Notes under the pieces: generated by a model | Seen by the model: only the letters and a program-made list of their open reading frames with translations | Told to the model about the DNA's origin: nothing | Databases searched by the model: none | Program-made: the position numbers and the translations under genes | Assembly (NCBI GenBank): GCA_934162535.1 | Contig: CAKPJC010000010.1 | Location: 797 to 64,796, forward strand | Origin: an uncultured Clostridia bacterium | GTDB lineage: Bacteria; Bacillota; Clostridia; TANB77; CAG-508 | Direction of reading: 5' to 3' | Length of the DNA: 64,000 bases | Part shown: piece by piece, positions 1 to 8,326 of the stretch | Layout: the number at the start of each line of letters is the position of its first letter | How positions within the stretch are numbered: position 1 is the first letter of the stretch

Positions 1-53
1 GTAGAAGTAGATATGGAAAAGTGTAAAAAAAGGAATACAAAATATTGCACAAA

Positions 54-99
54 ATCAAAGTTTTGTGCAATAAGAGATAGGAGCAAAATATATAGAACC
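54..99. repeat. Copy 1 of an imperfect ~45-nt direct repeat (partner at 2414-2457). Its left part also forms a 9-bp hairpin, TGCACAAAA (46-54) / TTTTGTGCA (61-69).
   Basis: ATCAAAGTTTTGTGCAATAAGAGATAGGAGCAAAATATATAGAACC versus ATCAAAGTTTTGTGCAGAAAGGAGTAGGAGCAAAATATAAAACC. The first 16 nt and the TAGGAGCAAAATATA block are identical and the mismatches cluster between them. A partial inverted copy, CTTTGCACAAAAT, lies at 1037-1049. Confidence 0.75.
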
Positions 100-153
100 C
101 CTTTTAGAGTCCTACCTACAAGTTCTTGTAACTACTAGCCTTAACGGCTTTAC

Positions 154-223
154 TAGCTATTTATTAGCTATCGTTTGACTAACATTATTACTTTATAATT
201 TATTCCTTGTAATAATGTTAGTC
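154..223. other. Two adjacent hairpins in a locally GC-richer patch: TAGCTA-TTTAT-TAGCTA (154-170), and a perfect 15-bp inverted repeat GACTAACATTATTAC (177-191) / GTAATAATGTTAGTC (209-223) with a 17-nt loop.
   Basis: Read directly from the sequence. No T-run follows on either strand, so neither is a canonical terminator. Confidence 0.7.
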
Positions 224-449
224 TAGTCCCAGATATTTATTTCTAAAATCAATTTTAAATCAGTTTTATAATTTATCCTTATAATTTTACATCTAAATAA
301 TTTTTCTATTTAAAATTTAATTTTATTACTTAATAATTTTTATTTCATATTATATTTTATATAAATTTTCCAAAAATCTTCAAAATGTCTATTTCTCTAT
401 ATTTGCCGTATTTTACCGACAACAAACTATAAGCATTAAAAATAAAAAC

Positions 450-810
450 GGCTTAAAATCGATTCTCGTGCGTCGTTTTTTTTAGGTATTTTTTCAGTTT
501 TTTATATATTTATATAAGTATAAAAAATTTGGTTATTTTTTATCTAAAATCTCTCAAACCCAGAATTATCAATATTTTGCTAAAATACTAAACAACAAGT
601 TATATGGCTTAAGTATAAAAATGGCTTAAAATCGATTCTCATAAGCCGTTATTTTAGATCTTTTAGAGATTACTTTAGCATCTGCAGATAATTATAAAAA
701 TTGCATATATATAACTAAAATTTTCATAAACAACTCAAATAAATCTAAATTTAATGTTTAGATGAATAATTTAATATTGCAATATTGTAAATGGCTTAAA
801 ATTGATTTTC
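450..810. repeat. Three copies of an 18-nt core, GGCTTAAAAT(C/T)GATT(C/T)TC, at 450-467, 623-640 and 793-810 (spacing 173 and 170 nt). The upstream flanks of the first two copies are also related.
   Basis: Copies 1 and 2 have identical cores; copy 3 has 2 substitutions. The flanks GACAACAAACTATAAGCATTAAAAATAAAAAC and AACAACAAGTTATATGGCTTAAGTATAAAAAT align. Copy 2 forms GGCTTA/TAAGCC followed by GTTATTTT. Confidence 0.7.
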
Positions 811-1284
811 ACAAGTTTAAATTATAATAATTAAAATACATATAAATTAAAAACCAAACATTTAAATTTGCAATTAACAAATGTTCGTTTTAAAAAATTC
901 TATAAATTTAAAATCTTTAATTTATAATTTTTTAAATTTTAAAATTTCAAATATAATATTTTTTTAATTTTATTTTTAATTTTAAATTTTATTTTAAAAA
1001 TTATAAATCAGAAATTCAAATTCTATTTTGTAAAAACTTTGCACAAAATTTTTCTATATATTTTTTTATAAAATATAAAAAATACTTATATTTAATATTA
1101 ATCTATAACATTAAAAATATGACTATCCCCCCCTATTCTACTCATTTTTATTCAAATTAGAAAAATCAATATATTTTTATGTTCCTTAAATAATAAATTG
1201 CAGGACACATTTGCTGCCCCCTGCATAACTTTTTCATTCCAACTTAATGTTTAAATTTTTATTAAATGAGCTTTGTGTTTACTT

Positions 1285-2242
1285 CTAATTTTCATTATTC
1301 AAAAAATTCATCACTAAGTCTATAATTACTTCTTTTTCCTTTGGATTCGATTCAGCAATTAATAAAGTAAGAGCCGTTAATGTATTATTATCAATTACTT
1401 GATTTTCATTTTTATATAATATTCCATAAAAATTTAGGAAATATATAAATAAGGTTGCTGCAATTCTTTTGTTTCCATCGGCAAATACATGATTTTTTAC
1501 TATTAAATATAAGAAATTTGCTCCTTTTTCTTCTATACTCTTGTAAATATCTTGTCCGTGCAAAGCTTTGATAAATGTTACCAATAATTGATTCTAACCC
1601 TCTATCTCTTTCAACTGCAAAAAGCGAACTTTCTTCATTAAATCTTAACTTATTAATTATATTTATGCATTCTTGGTATTCAATTTTCCTATCGTCTATA
1701 TTTCCTTCAATTTTCTTTAAAGTTCTATGATCATAATCATCTAATAAGTCTAATGCTTTTGAATATCCTCCAATTACCTTCAATATTTCTTTTGCATCAT
1801 TTCCTTCTAGTTTTTCATCAATGCGGTTTGCAATATCTATTAATTTTATAGTTTTTTCCAAGTATTCTAATCTTTTTTGATTTACTGCATAACCTTTTAG
1901 CATATAATCTTTTAATACACTTGTAGCCCACTTTCTAAACAAAATACCATTTTGTGATTTTACACGATACCCAACAGAAATTATCATATCAAGATTGTAA
2001 TATTGTACATTATATTTTTTACCATCTTCAGCAGTATGCTCAAAAAATGAGCATACTGAACTTTCAGATAATTCTTCATCTTTATAAATATTTTGAATAT
2101 GGCGAGTGATTGTTCTTCTATCTTTTCCAAATAATTCTGCCATTTGTTTTTGTGTAAGCCACACAGTTTCATCTTTTAAGTTTACTTCTAATTTTACTCC
2201 TTGGTTTTCAAATAAAATAATTTCATTCTTTTTTTCGTCCAT
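1285..2242 (-). pseudogene. RhuM-type N-terminal domain fused to a Fic/Doc domain, split by a frameshift near 1556-1561.
   Basis: Two overlapping ORFs (1412-2242 and 1285-1584) in different frames. The N-terminal part (FENQGVKLEV..WLTQKQMAELFGKDRRTITRHI..YYNLDMIISVGYRVKS) is RhuM-like. The C-terminal piece carries the Doc-type motif HVFADGNKRIAA. The reading ..IYQSFA / GQDIYKSIEEKG joins if one base in GCACGG is removed. Confidence 0.8.
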
Positions 2243-2413
2243 ACGAACACATCCTTTATTATATAAAATTTAATTCTTAGTATATTTGTTAGTACTTATA
2301 TATTACAATTTTTAGTATTTTTGAACTATTGTACATATTTTATAATAAGAACAAATATTTGCCTATAGTTTAAAATAAAATTATTAATTATTTTTATTCG
2401 AAAGTGTCGCGGC

Positions 2414-2457
2414 ATCAAAGTTTTGTGCAGAAAGGAGTAGGAGCAAAATATAAAACC
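2414..2457. repeat. Copy 2 of the ~45-nt direct repeat (partner at 54-99).
   Basis: See the feature at 54-99. Confidence 0.75.
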
Positions 2458-2529
2458 ATTTTTAATAATTATTTTTTATAAAACATGTCTATTATCCATT
2501 GTTTATTCTCCAATCGTTTAATAAAATAT

Positions 2530-2767
2530 TTAACTGAAATTAGCTTTTGAATTTACTTGTTCAGCTTGTGATGCTAAAATTTGCTCATAAGTGTACTTTA
2601 ACATTGATATTTTCTCTTGTTTTTGTTCATCTGTAGCATCATTACCATTAAGCATATATTCAAGATTATATCCATATATTTGTTATATTAATTTCATTTA
2701 ATTTATATTCAAATCCACCTGCATTTGATTTTAGTCCGTCCATAACTCTTACATATTTCTTTCCCAT
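2530..2767 (-). pseudogene. Possible fifth ORF of the upstream operon, interrupted by a frameshift. A 33-codon ORF, MGKKYVRVMDGLKSNAGGFEYKLNEINITNIWI, continues in another frame as ..YGYNLEYMLNGNDATDEQKQEKISMLKYTYEQILASQAEQVNSKANFS.
   Basis: ATG at 2765-2767 with GAGGAG 9 nt upstream, 8 nt after the stop of the 265-aa gene. The two frames overlap around the ATATAT run. It could equally be a genuine 33-aa peptide. Confidence 0.3.
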
Positions 2768-2775
2768 ATATTTAA

Positions 2776-3573
2776 TTACTCCTCTAAATATTGTTTATAT
2801 ATGGCATTTCTTAAAAGATTGTATAATGTTTTACTTTCATCAAACTTTATAGAATTATCTTTTTCTTCTAAATATTCTTTATAATTTATGCAATTTAATT
2901 CATTAACTTCTTGCAATAAATAATATTGTTCTTTCGGCATAATTAAATTAGCTGTAAAATCAATAACATTATTTTCATCATCAAGTATAAATGAGTGATA
3001 ATAACTATTATCTATACCTTTTTTACATATTGATGTTACTGCCTTAAACATTTCATATTTTTCTATTAAATAAAATGAAATTTCGTGGCATCCATCTTGA
3101 ATTTTATCTTCTAATTTTCTTATAAAATCCAATGTTTCTCTATCATTTATAAAACTATCTTCTGCTTTCATAAATTGTATTTTTCCAAAGTCTTTTGAAA
3201 TAATTTCATAAGTATCATCTTCATATACAATCATTTTTTCTATAATATTAGCTGATTTTAAAATATCATATAATAAATCTGTATTTGATTTATTTCTAGT
3301 TACTCCTAATATTAGTGAATATATCAAGCCTTTTTTAAATCTTTCATAATCTGCTTCAATATAGTTTAATCCATCTAATAATTGTTTATTATAGAATTTA
3401 AAAAGCCATACTTTTAATTTATTAAATACTTCTAGACTATTGTTAGTATTAGCAATTTTAAATAAGTCATCATCTATATTGTTATTTATATATTTAATTA
3501 ATTTTTCAACATTTTCTTGTTCTATTTTATACCACAATGTTTCATTTTTATCACAATATTCTGATAATTTCAT
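2776..3573 (-). CDS. Hypothetical protein, 265 aa. The C-terminal half has a Cys..His..Asp arrangement reminiscent of transglutaminase/papain-like folds.
   Basis: Long ORF, 14 nt downstream of the previous gene. Motif DGCHEISFYL ..(about 30 aa).. YYHSFILDDENNVIDFT. No signal peptide or TM segment seen. Confidence 0.6.
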   Translation of the reverse strand: MKLSEYCDKNETLWYKIEQENVEKLIKYINNNIDDDLFKIANTNNSLEVFNKLKVWLFKFYNKQLLDGLNYIEADYERFKKGLIYSLILGVTRNKSNTDLLYDILKSANIIEKMIVYEDDTYEIISKDFGKIQFMKAEDSFINDRETLDFIRKLEDKIQDGCHEISFYLIEKYEMFKAVTSICKKGIDNSYYHSFILDDENNVIDFTANLIMPKEQYYLLQEVNELNCINYKEYLEEKDNSIKFDESKTLYNLLRNAIYKQYLEE

Positions 3574-3587
3574 TTAAACCTCACATA

Positions 3588-4916
3588 CTATTTTTCTAAA
3601 TTTGATTCTCTATTTTTATATTTCAAATGTTTATTTAATAATTCTTCATTTTCAAAATATATATCTTCGTCAGAACAATAACAAAATCCAATATCTTTTA
3701 TTAATTCTTCATCTATTTCTATATCTTGTCCATAGTAACTTTTTATATATTGAATAACTTCATCACGACTATATCTGCCATATAATACATCTTGTATTTT
3801 TAGTGATGATAGAACTTGCATAAAATCTTTTTTTACATCTCCTACTGTAGTTTCTTCATTGATTGGAGTTTTTATTGAAATAATTCTTTCAGGTATTGAT
3901 CCATGTTCTGTACCTAAACTAAACCTATCTTTATTATTATCTTGTTCTAACATTCTTAATACTATTTGCTGATTTTCTGTACTTAATGAATCTAGTGCTA
4001 TATGTATATAACCATATCCAACAACATCTTTTTTATTAGCAGATGACATTGTTGTTTGTATATTTAAATCATATAAATATCTACAAGCATCTAAACAAGG
4101 CACTTCAATAAAGTCTTGTAAGGTTTCTCTAGTTACTATTGAACCACCAGTTTCAATAGGTTCAATATCTCTTATTTTCTTTTTGTATATAGATTGTTCT
4201 TCTGGGTTGTCAAGATTTTCAACTCTATATTGTTCCATTTTTGTAATTCTTTCTCCAGAATATTCTCTTTGTAAAAAGCCATATTTTTGTTGTAAATTTT
4301 CATATCTTGTAGTATCTAATTTTTTAAAAGGTAATAATTTTCTAAAAAATCTTATAAGTTTGCTATTTCTTACCATTTTTTTGCTGTTTTCAAAATCAAT
4401 AAAATCTTGTGTTTTTGTAGAAAATGTACTACCTACAACTATATTATCATTAACATCGGCTTGTAATTCTTCTCTACTGGTTGCATTTAATCTAGTAAGA
4501 AGATCATAAAATCTACTTGCTTTTGATGAAAGCGTTGTTTCCCTCTCTTTTGTTTCAATTCCTTTTCTCATCTTATAAAAAAGTTCACAGCAATTGTAAT
4601 TATGTGCATAAAATGCTAGTCCTCTTAATTCTTCATCAGCAAATAATTGACCATTTCCTCTTCCTCTTACCCCAGATGATACTACAATATTTTCCATGTT
4701 TTGTATTTGACCTAACATGTTTTTAATAAATGGTAAAGAATTATTATTTATAATTATTCCTAAATATGGACTATTATTTCCATTTTCATGCCCACCACAT
4801 GAGGCATGTGTCATTATTCCATTTTCCCAACATGAGCAAAGTAGTTCGTATAAATATTTATTACCTTCCGACCATTCTAAAAAGTTCTTTTTTTCTTCCT
4901 CTGTTAATTCTTTCAT
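3588..4916 (-). CDS. Hypothetical protein, 442 aa, with a possible internal duplication of a Cys-containing domain.
   Basis: Long ORF. N-terminal LYELLCSCWENGIMTHASCGGHENGNNSPYLGIIINNNSL resembles C-terminal CLDACRYLYDLNIQTTMSSANKKDVVGYGYIHIALDSLS. I recognise no family. Confidence 0.6.
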   Translation of the reverse strand: MKELTEEEKKNFLEWSEGNKYLYELLCSCWENGIMTHASCGGHENGNNSPYLGIIINNNSLPFIKNMLGQIQNMENIVVSSGVRGRGNGQLFADEELRGLAFYAHNYNCCELFYKMRKGIETKERETTLSSKASRFYDLLTRLNATSREELQADVNDNIVVGSTFSTKTQDFIDFENSKKMVRNSKLIRFFRKLLPFKKLDTTRYENLQQKYGFLQREYSGERITKMEQYRVENLDNPEEQSIYKKKIRDIEPIETGGSIVTRETLQDFIEVPCLDACRYLYDLNIQTTMSSANKKDVVGYGYIHIALDSLSTENQQIVLRMLEQDNNKDRFSLGTEHGSIPERIISIKTPINEETTVGDVKKDFMQVLSSLKIQDVLYGRYSRDEVIQYIKSYYGQDIEIDEELIKDIGFCYCSDEDIYFENEELLNKHLKYKNRESNLEK

Positions 4917-4952
4917 ACAAATCCTTTCTATAAAATATTTTTATTTTATGTA

Positions 4953-5405
4953 TTATCTTATATTCAAAATGATTAATAAAAATTTTTTTACTTTTTTAAA
5001 TAATGAATCATTTTTATATTCTACAATTGCTGTTGATTGCCTCTGATTGTTTTCCGTATGTTTTTGTTTATTTTCAAATATATTATCAGGATTATATTTT
5101 TCATGTAATATTTCCTGGTATTGTTGTTCATTCATACTTAATTTTTTTAAATATTGTTCTTTTTGTTGTTCAGTGGCACACCAATAATTGTAGCATATCA
5201 TTCCTATAATACCTCTTGCTTCATCAAGAATATCTAATTCTTTTAAAGGTTTATTATAATCAAAATTGCATATATGCTCTTTTGATGCATTTTCGCTTAA
5301 ATATTGCATGAGTTTTTTAGGAATTTTATTTATATCTTCCTGTTTTATCCCTTTTAAATAATAAATAACTTCTGCCATTGCATTTGCATTATTGACATTA
5401 ATCAT
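4953..5405 (-). CDS. Hypothetical small protein, 150 aa.
   Basis: ORF begins 9 nt after the stop of the 629-aa gene. Sequence features: ..IPKKLMQYLSENA..NFDYNKPL..ICYNYWCATEQQKEQYL..KYNPDNIF. I recognise no family with confidence. Confidence 0.55.
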   Translation of the reverse strand: MINVNNANAMAEVIYYLKGIKQEDINKIPKKLMQYLSENASKEHICNFDYNKPLKELDILDEARGIIGMICYNYWCATEQQKEQYLKKLSMNEQQYQEILHEKYNPDNIFENKQKHTENNQRQSTAIVEYKNDSLFKKVKKFLLIILNIR

Positions 5406-5414
5406 GTTTTACTC

Positions 5415-7304
5415 CTATTCTAAATTTTGTTCAGCATTAGTATGTTCCATATTATCTCCTAATACATTATTTCTAGTTGTTCTAGTAGCATTTTGCATAT
5501 TAGATAACCTTGTTTTGTCATCTTCTATACAATCTGCAAATCCATCTTTACCTTTTTGAACTTGTCTTGCTCTTATTCTGTCAATAATCATTCCAGAAAC
5601 TTTAGCATAAAATTCTTCATTCCCAATATGTGAATTATATATTGCCTCATCCATAACTAAACCTTCTTTTCGATCTTGTCCAGCCATTTTTTCTGTCCAA
5701 TTTTGTCCTACACTAAAATCCCTCATTAAGATTTCTTCTACAGCTTTTTCATCAATTTGAAATAACTGTCCAATTTTTTGTAAATCTAAATTATTAGCAA
5801 AACTTCCTACAAATGTTTCTAATATGCTATCAATTTGTTCTTGACTTTTGCCTGTCATTGACATAGCATTTTGAACAACTTTAATACATGATGCAATATG
5901 CATAACTTGTCCTGTATATTTTCGCCTTATTTCTCCCATTAATGCATCTGCTTTGTATGGTTCTGTTTTACACTCTTCTTTCATTTCTGCTTGTTTTTTA
6001 AATATATCAAAATATGAATCATCGCAAAATTCTCCTGTAAGTGAAAAATCCTGTCTAAGTATTAAGTTTTCACATTCCCAACCATTGCTCATAAGTGCAG
6101 CTATATTTTTTCCAAAAACTTCTGCTAATTGCTCTGTAAAATTACCATTTTGCTTTTCTGAAAAGTCCATTATAGTTTGTAATTGTTCTGTGTTATCATT
6201 TGCTATACAAGTTTCTAAATCTGAAATTCTAAAAGGGCTACCCATAATTCTTTCTGCTTGACCATATCTTTGACCTCTTGAATAAGAACTATCTACTGCA
6301 TTAATAAAATCTTGCATTGAATATCCCAATGATTCAACATTTGCTTGAACCTCTGGAGATGATAAAAATCCTATTCTTTGCAAATATTCTCTCATACTTT
6401 CTGGTCTTTGATTTTCTCCTAACTCTTGAGAATAATTACTACCATAAATTTCTCCCAATCTCTTTTTTCGTTCATCATCTTTAACTGCATAATCAGATTC
6501 AAAATCATCTAAACTACCAGCTACTTTTATTGGAAGTCCATATTTAATGCTAAAATCCTGTGGTATTTCTCTTATATAGCTAATAGTAGGAACTTTTATT
6601 CCTATTTCTGCTAATCTTTTATTTATATCTCCCTCAATTTCTATATCTTCCAATGGAGAGGTTCCATTAATTCTAATTTCTGGTTTTTTGTCATTAAAAA
6701 CTACTGCACTAACTTTATAGCCATCTGTTTTTGGAGCATATTCAATAGATCTTGCATTTGCCAAGTCCATTGGACCTAACTCTGATGTAGATAAGTGTGA
6801 ATCAACACCTTTGAAATTATGAATTAAACCATCTTTATCAATTGTAAAAACAGCCCTTCCCATAGATGCTGTTGCAAATCCTCTTTCATCTTCTGGAATA
6901 CTATCTATTTGTGATGATTCTACTCTTTCAAATCTTACAATTCCATTTTCTTGTATTATTCTTCCACATATTATAGTTCCATTATCTATTAATTTTTGTA
7001 TTTGTCCATTTAATTGCAATGATTGTGTTTTAGAGTCATCTTCTAAATCCATTCTTAACATACTAAATATATCTGCTAAACTTGAATCACTTGTTTCTTT
7101 TGATTTACTACCATGAATTCTATTAACCAAATCATTCTTTCTTTCATCATCTATTTTATATCTTGTATCAGTTGTTATAAATTCTCCTTTAATGTCTTCT
7201 AATTCTTCCTTTTTACTTGGATCAAAATATCCTTTATCAATCCCCAATGAAATGATTTTATTGCTTACATCTATAAATATTCTCATAAAATCTTCACGAG
7301 TCAT
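5415..7304 (-). CDS. Hypothetical large cytoplasmic protein, 629 aa; first gene of the orphan operon.
   Basis: Long ORF with AGAGGTGG RBS upstream. No TM, signal peptide or P-loop. No recognisable catalytic motif. Confidence 0.6.
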   Translation of the reverse strand: MTREDFMRIFIDVSNKIISLGIDKGYFDPSKKEELEDIKGEFITTDTRYKIDDERKNDLVNRIHGSKSKETSDSSLADIFSMLRMDLEDDSKTQSLQLNGQIQKLIDNGTIICGRIIQENGIVRFERVESSQIDSIPEDERGFATASMGRAVFTIDKDGLIHNFKGVDSHLSTSELGPMDLANARSIEYAPKTDGYKVSAVVFNDKKPEIRINGTSPLEDIEIEGDINKRLAEIGIKVPTISYIREIPQDFSIKYGLPIKVAGSLDDFESDYAVKDDERKKRLGEIYGSNYSQELGENQRPESMREYLQRIGFLSSPEVQANVESLGYSMQDFINAVDSSYSRGQRYGQAERIMGSPFRISDLETCIANDNTEQLQTIMDFSEKQNGNFTEQLAEVFGKNIAALMSNGWECENLILRQDFSLTGEFCDDSYFDIFKKQAEMKEECKTEPYKADALMGEIRRKYTGQVMHIASCIKVVQNAMSMTGKSQEQIDSILETFVGSFANNLDLQKIGQLFQIDEKAVEEILMRDFSVGQNWTEKMAGQDRKEGLVMDEAIYNSHIGNEEFYAKVSGMIIDRIRARQVQKGKDGFADCIEDDKTRLSNMQNATRTTRNNVLGDNMEHTNAEQNLE

Positions 7305-7340
7305 ATTCCACCTCTAATTTTTATAAAATATCTCAAAATA

Positions 7341-7369
7341 TATATACCATAAAAACGAAAAAAATACAA
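7341..7369 (-). promoter_or_regulatory. Candidate sigma-A promoter for the orphan operon: TTGTAT-17-TATATA with TGG extended -10.
   Basis: Minus-strand read TTGTATTTTTTTCGTTTTTATGGTATATA, about 35 nt upstream of the 629-aa gene ATG. Confidence 0.4.
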
Positions 7370-7411
7370 CATATTTGGACTAATATTTGTCCATAATTTT
7401 GTTGTATTTTT
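7351..7411 (-). terminator. Rho-independent terminator after the cytidylyltransferase gene.
   Basis: Arms AAAAATACAAC (7360-7370) / GTTGTATTTTT (7401-7411) with inner TGGAC/GTCCA, followed on the minus strand by TTTTTTTCGTTTTT. Confidence 0.6.
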
Positions 7412-7441
7412 GTCTTTAATCAACTTTTAACTTATGATTCT

Positions 7442-8302
7442 TTATCTCTCATCATCTTCTTTTGCTTCTAATTCATCTATTGAAATTGTTTCATTTGATT
7501 TAATTCTAGTTAATCTAATTAACGAACCTTCAATTGTTCTTGGCCTATTTTTTAGTTTTTTGCGATACCCTGAAGATGACCTTGTTGCCATTTGTTTTTC
7601 ATCTCTATCTGTAAATACAATATTTATATCATTTACATCTTTGAAGTCCTGTTTTAGATCTGAACCTAAAAATACAGCATCAAATGAACCGAATTTGCTT
7701 TTTATCCAGTCTCTTGCTGTGTGAAGATTTCTTGTATAATATAGATATGTGTCATCCACAAACTTGAAATGTCTTAATATTTCCATTCTATCTTCTTCAT
7801 TTATTTCTGGATAATGTTTTTTATGTTGCATAACTAATTCATCTGATTTAACTCCTACAATAAGTTTTTCAGTTTGTTTAGCTGCGAGTGATAAATTTTC
7901 AAGATGACCTGCATGGAATAAATCCCATGTTCCTGGTGCATATGCTACTTTGTATTTTTTTACTGGTTTTGAACTATTATTTTTTTTTGTTGTTTCTTCT
8001 TCTTTTCTTTTTATATATTGCTCTTTTAATTGTTTTATCATGTGATCTCTGTTATTTAGTTCTTTTACCTCAAATACAAAATCTATTCCTCTAAGGAAAC
8101 TTGCAATTTTCATCCTTTCTTCAACTGGCTTTAATGGCTTTGCGTGTGACATTTTTTCATACAGTTCATCACTAAAAATTCCAAGTGCAAAATATTCACA
8201 TCCTTTTTCTTTACTTTGTTGGATTCTCTTATCTAATTCTCTAAGTTCGTCTGCATTAAGTATATCAAGTCCTAAACATGTCAAATCTATTTTTGCTGGC
8301 AT
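7442..8302 (-). CDS. Cytidylyltransferase-family protein (TagD-like nucleotidyltransferase) with a degenerate N-terminal second domain.
   Basis: The C-terminal half has GTWDLFHAGHLENL (HxGH motif) and ..ATRSSSGY.. The N-terminal half, YFALGIFSDELYEKM, lacks HxGH. Confidence 0.7.
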   Translation of the reverse strand: MPAKIDLTCLGLDILNADELRELDKRIQQSKEKGCEYFALGIFSDELYEKMSHAKPLKPVEERMKIASFLRGIDFVFEVKELNNRDHMIKQLKEQYIKRKEEETTKKNNSSKPVKKYKVAYAPGTWDLFHAGHLENLSLAAKQTEKLIVGVKSDELVMQHKKHYPEINEEDRMEILRHFKFVDDTYLYYTRNLHTARDWIKSKFGSFDAVFLGSDLKQDFKDVNDINIVFTDRDEKQMATRSSSGYRKKLKNRPRTIEGSLIRLTRIKSNETISIDELEAKEDDER

Positions 8303-8326
8303 TTTTCTATCTCCTTTTTATTCAAT

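Noticed and set aside
1-138. Open frame entering from the left edge, ..VEVDMEKCKKRNTKYCTKSKFCAIRDRSKIYRTPFRVLPTSSCNY, with a stop at 136-138.
   Set aside because: It is short and has no clear RBS for the internal ATG. It also overlaps the 45-nt repeat, whose second copy is not in any open frame, so it is probably non-coding. It cannot be resolved without the sequence to the left.
100-230. tracrRNA-like or CRISPR-like impression: TTTTAGAG on the plus strand, and TTAAGGCTAGT with stacked hairpins on the minus strand.
   Set aside because: The resemblance to the Cas9 nexus (AAGGCTAGTCC) is only 9 nt. The window contains no repeat-spacer array and no cas gene. The hairpins are reported as seen, without any functional claim.
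5415-7304. Possible protein-kinase-like catalytic loop in the 629-aa protein (..NGWECENLILRQDFSLTGEFCDD..).
   Set aside because: The canonical HxD-x4-N spacing and a DFG-like Asp cannot be aligned convincingly, and no Gly-rich loop or VAIK Lys is visible. This is too weak to call.
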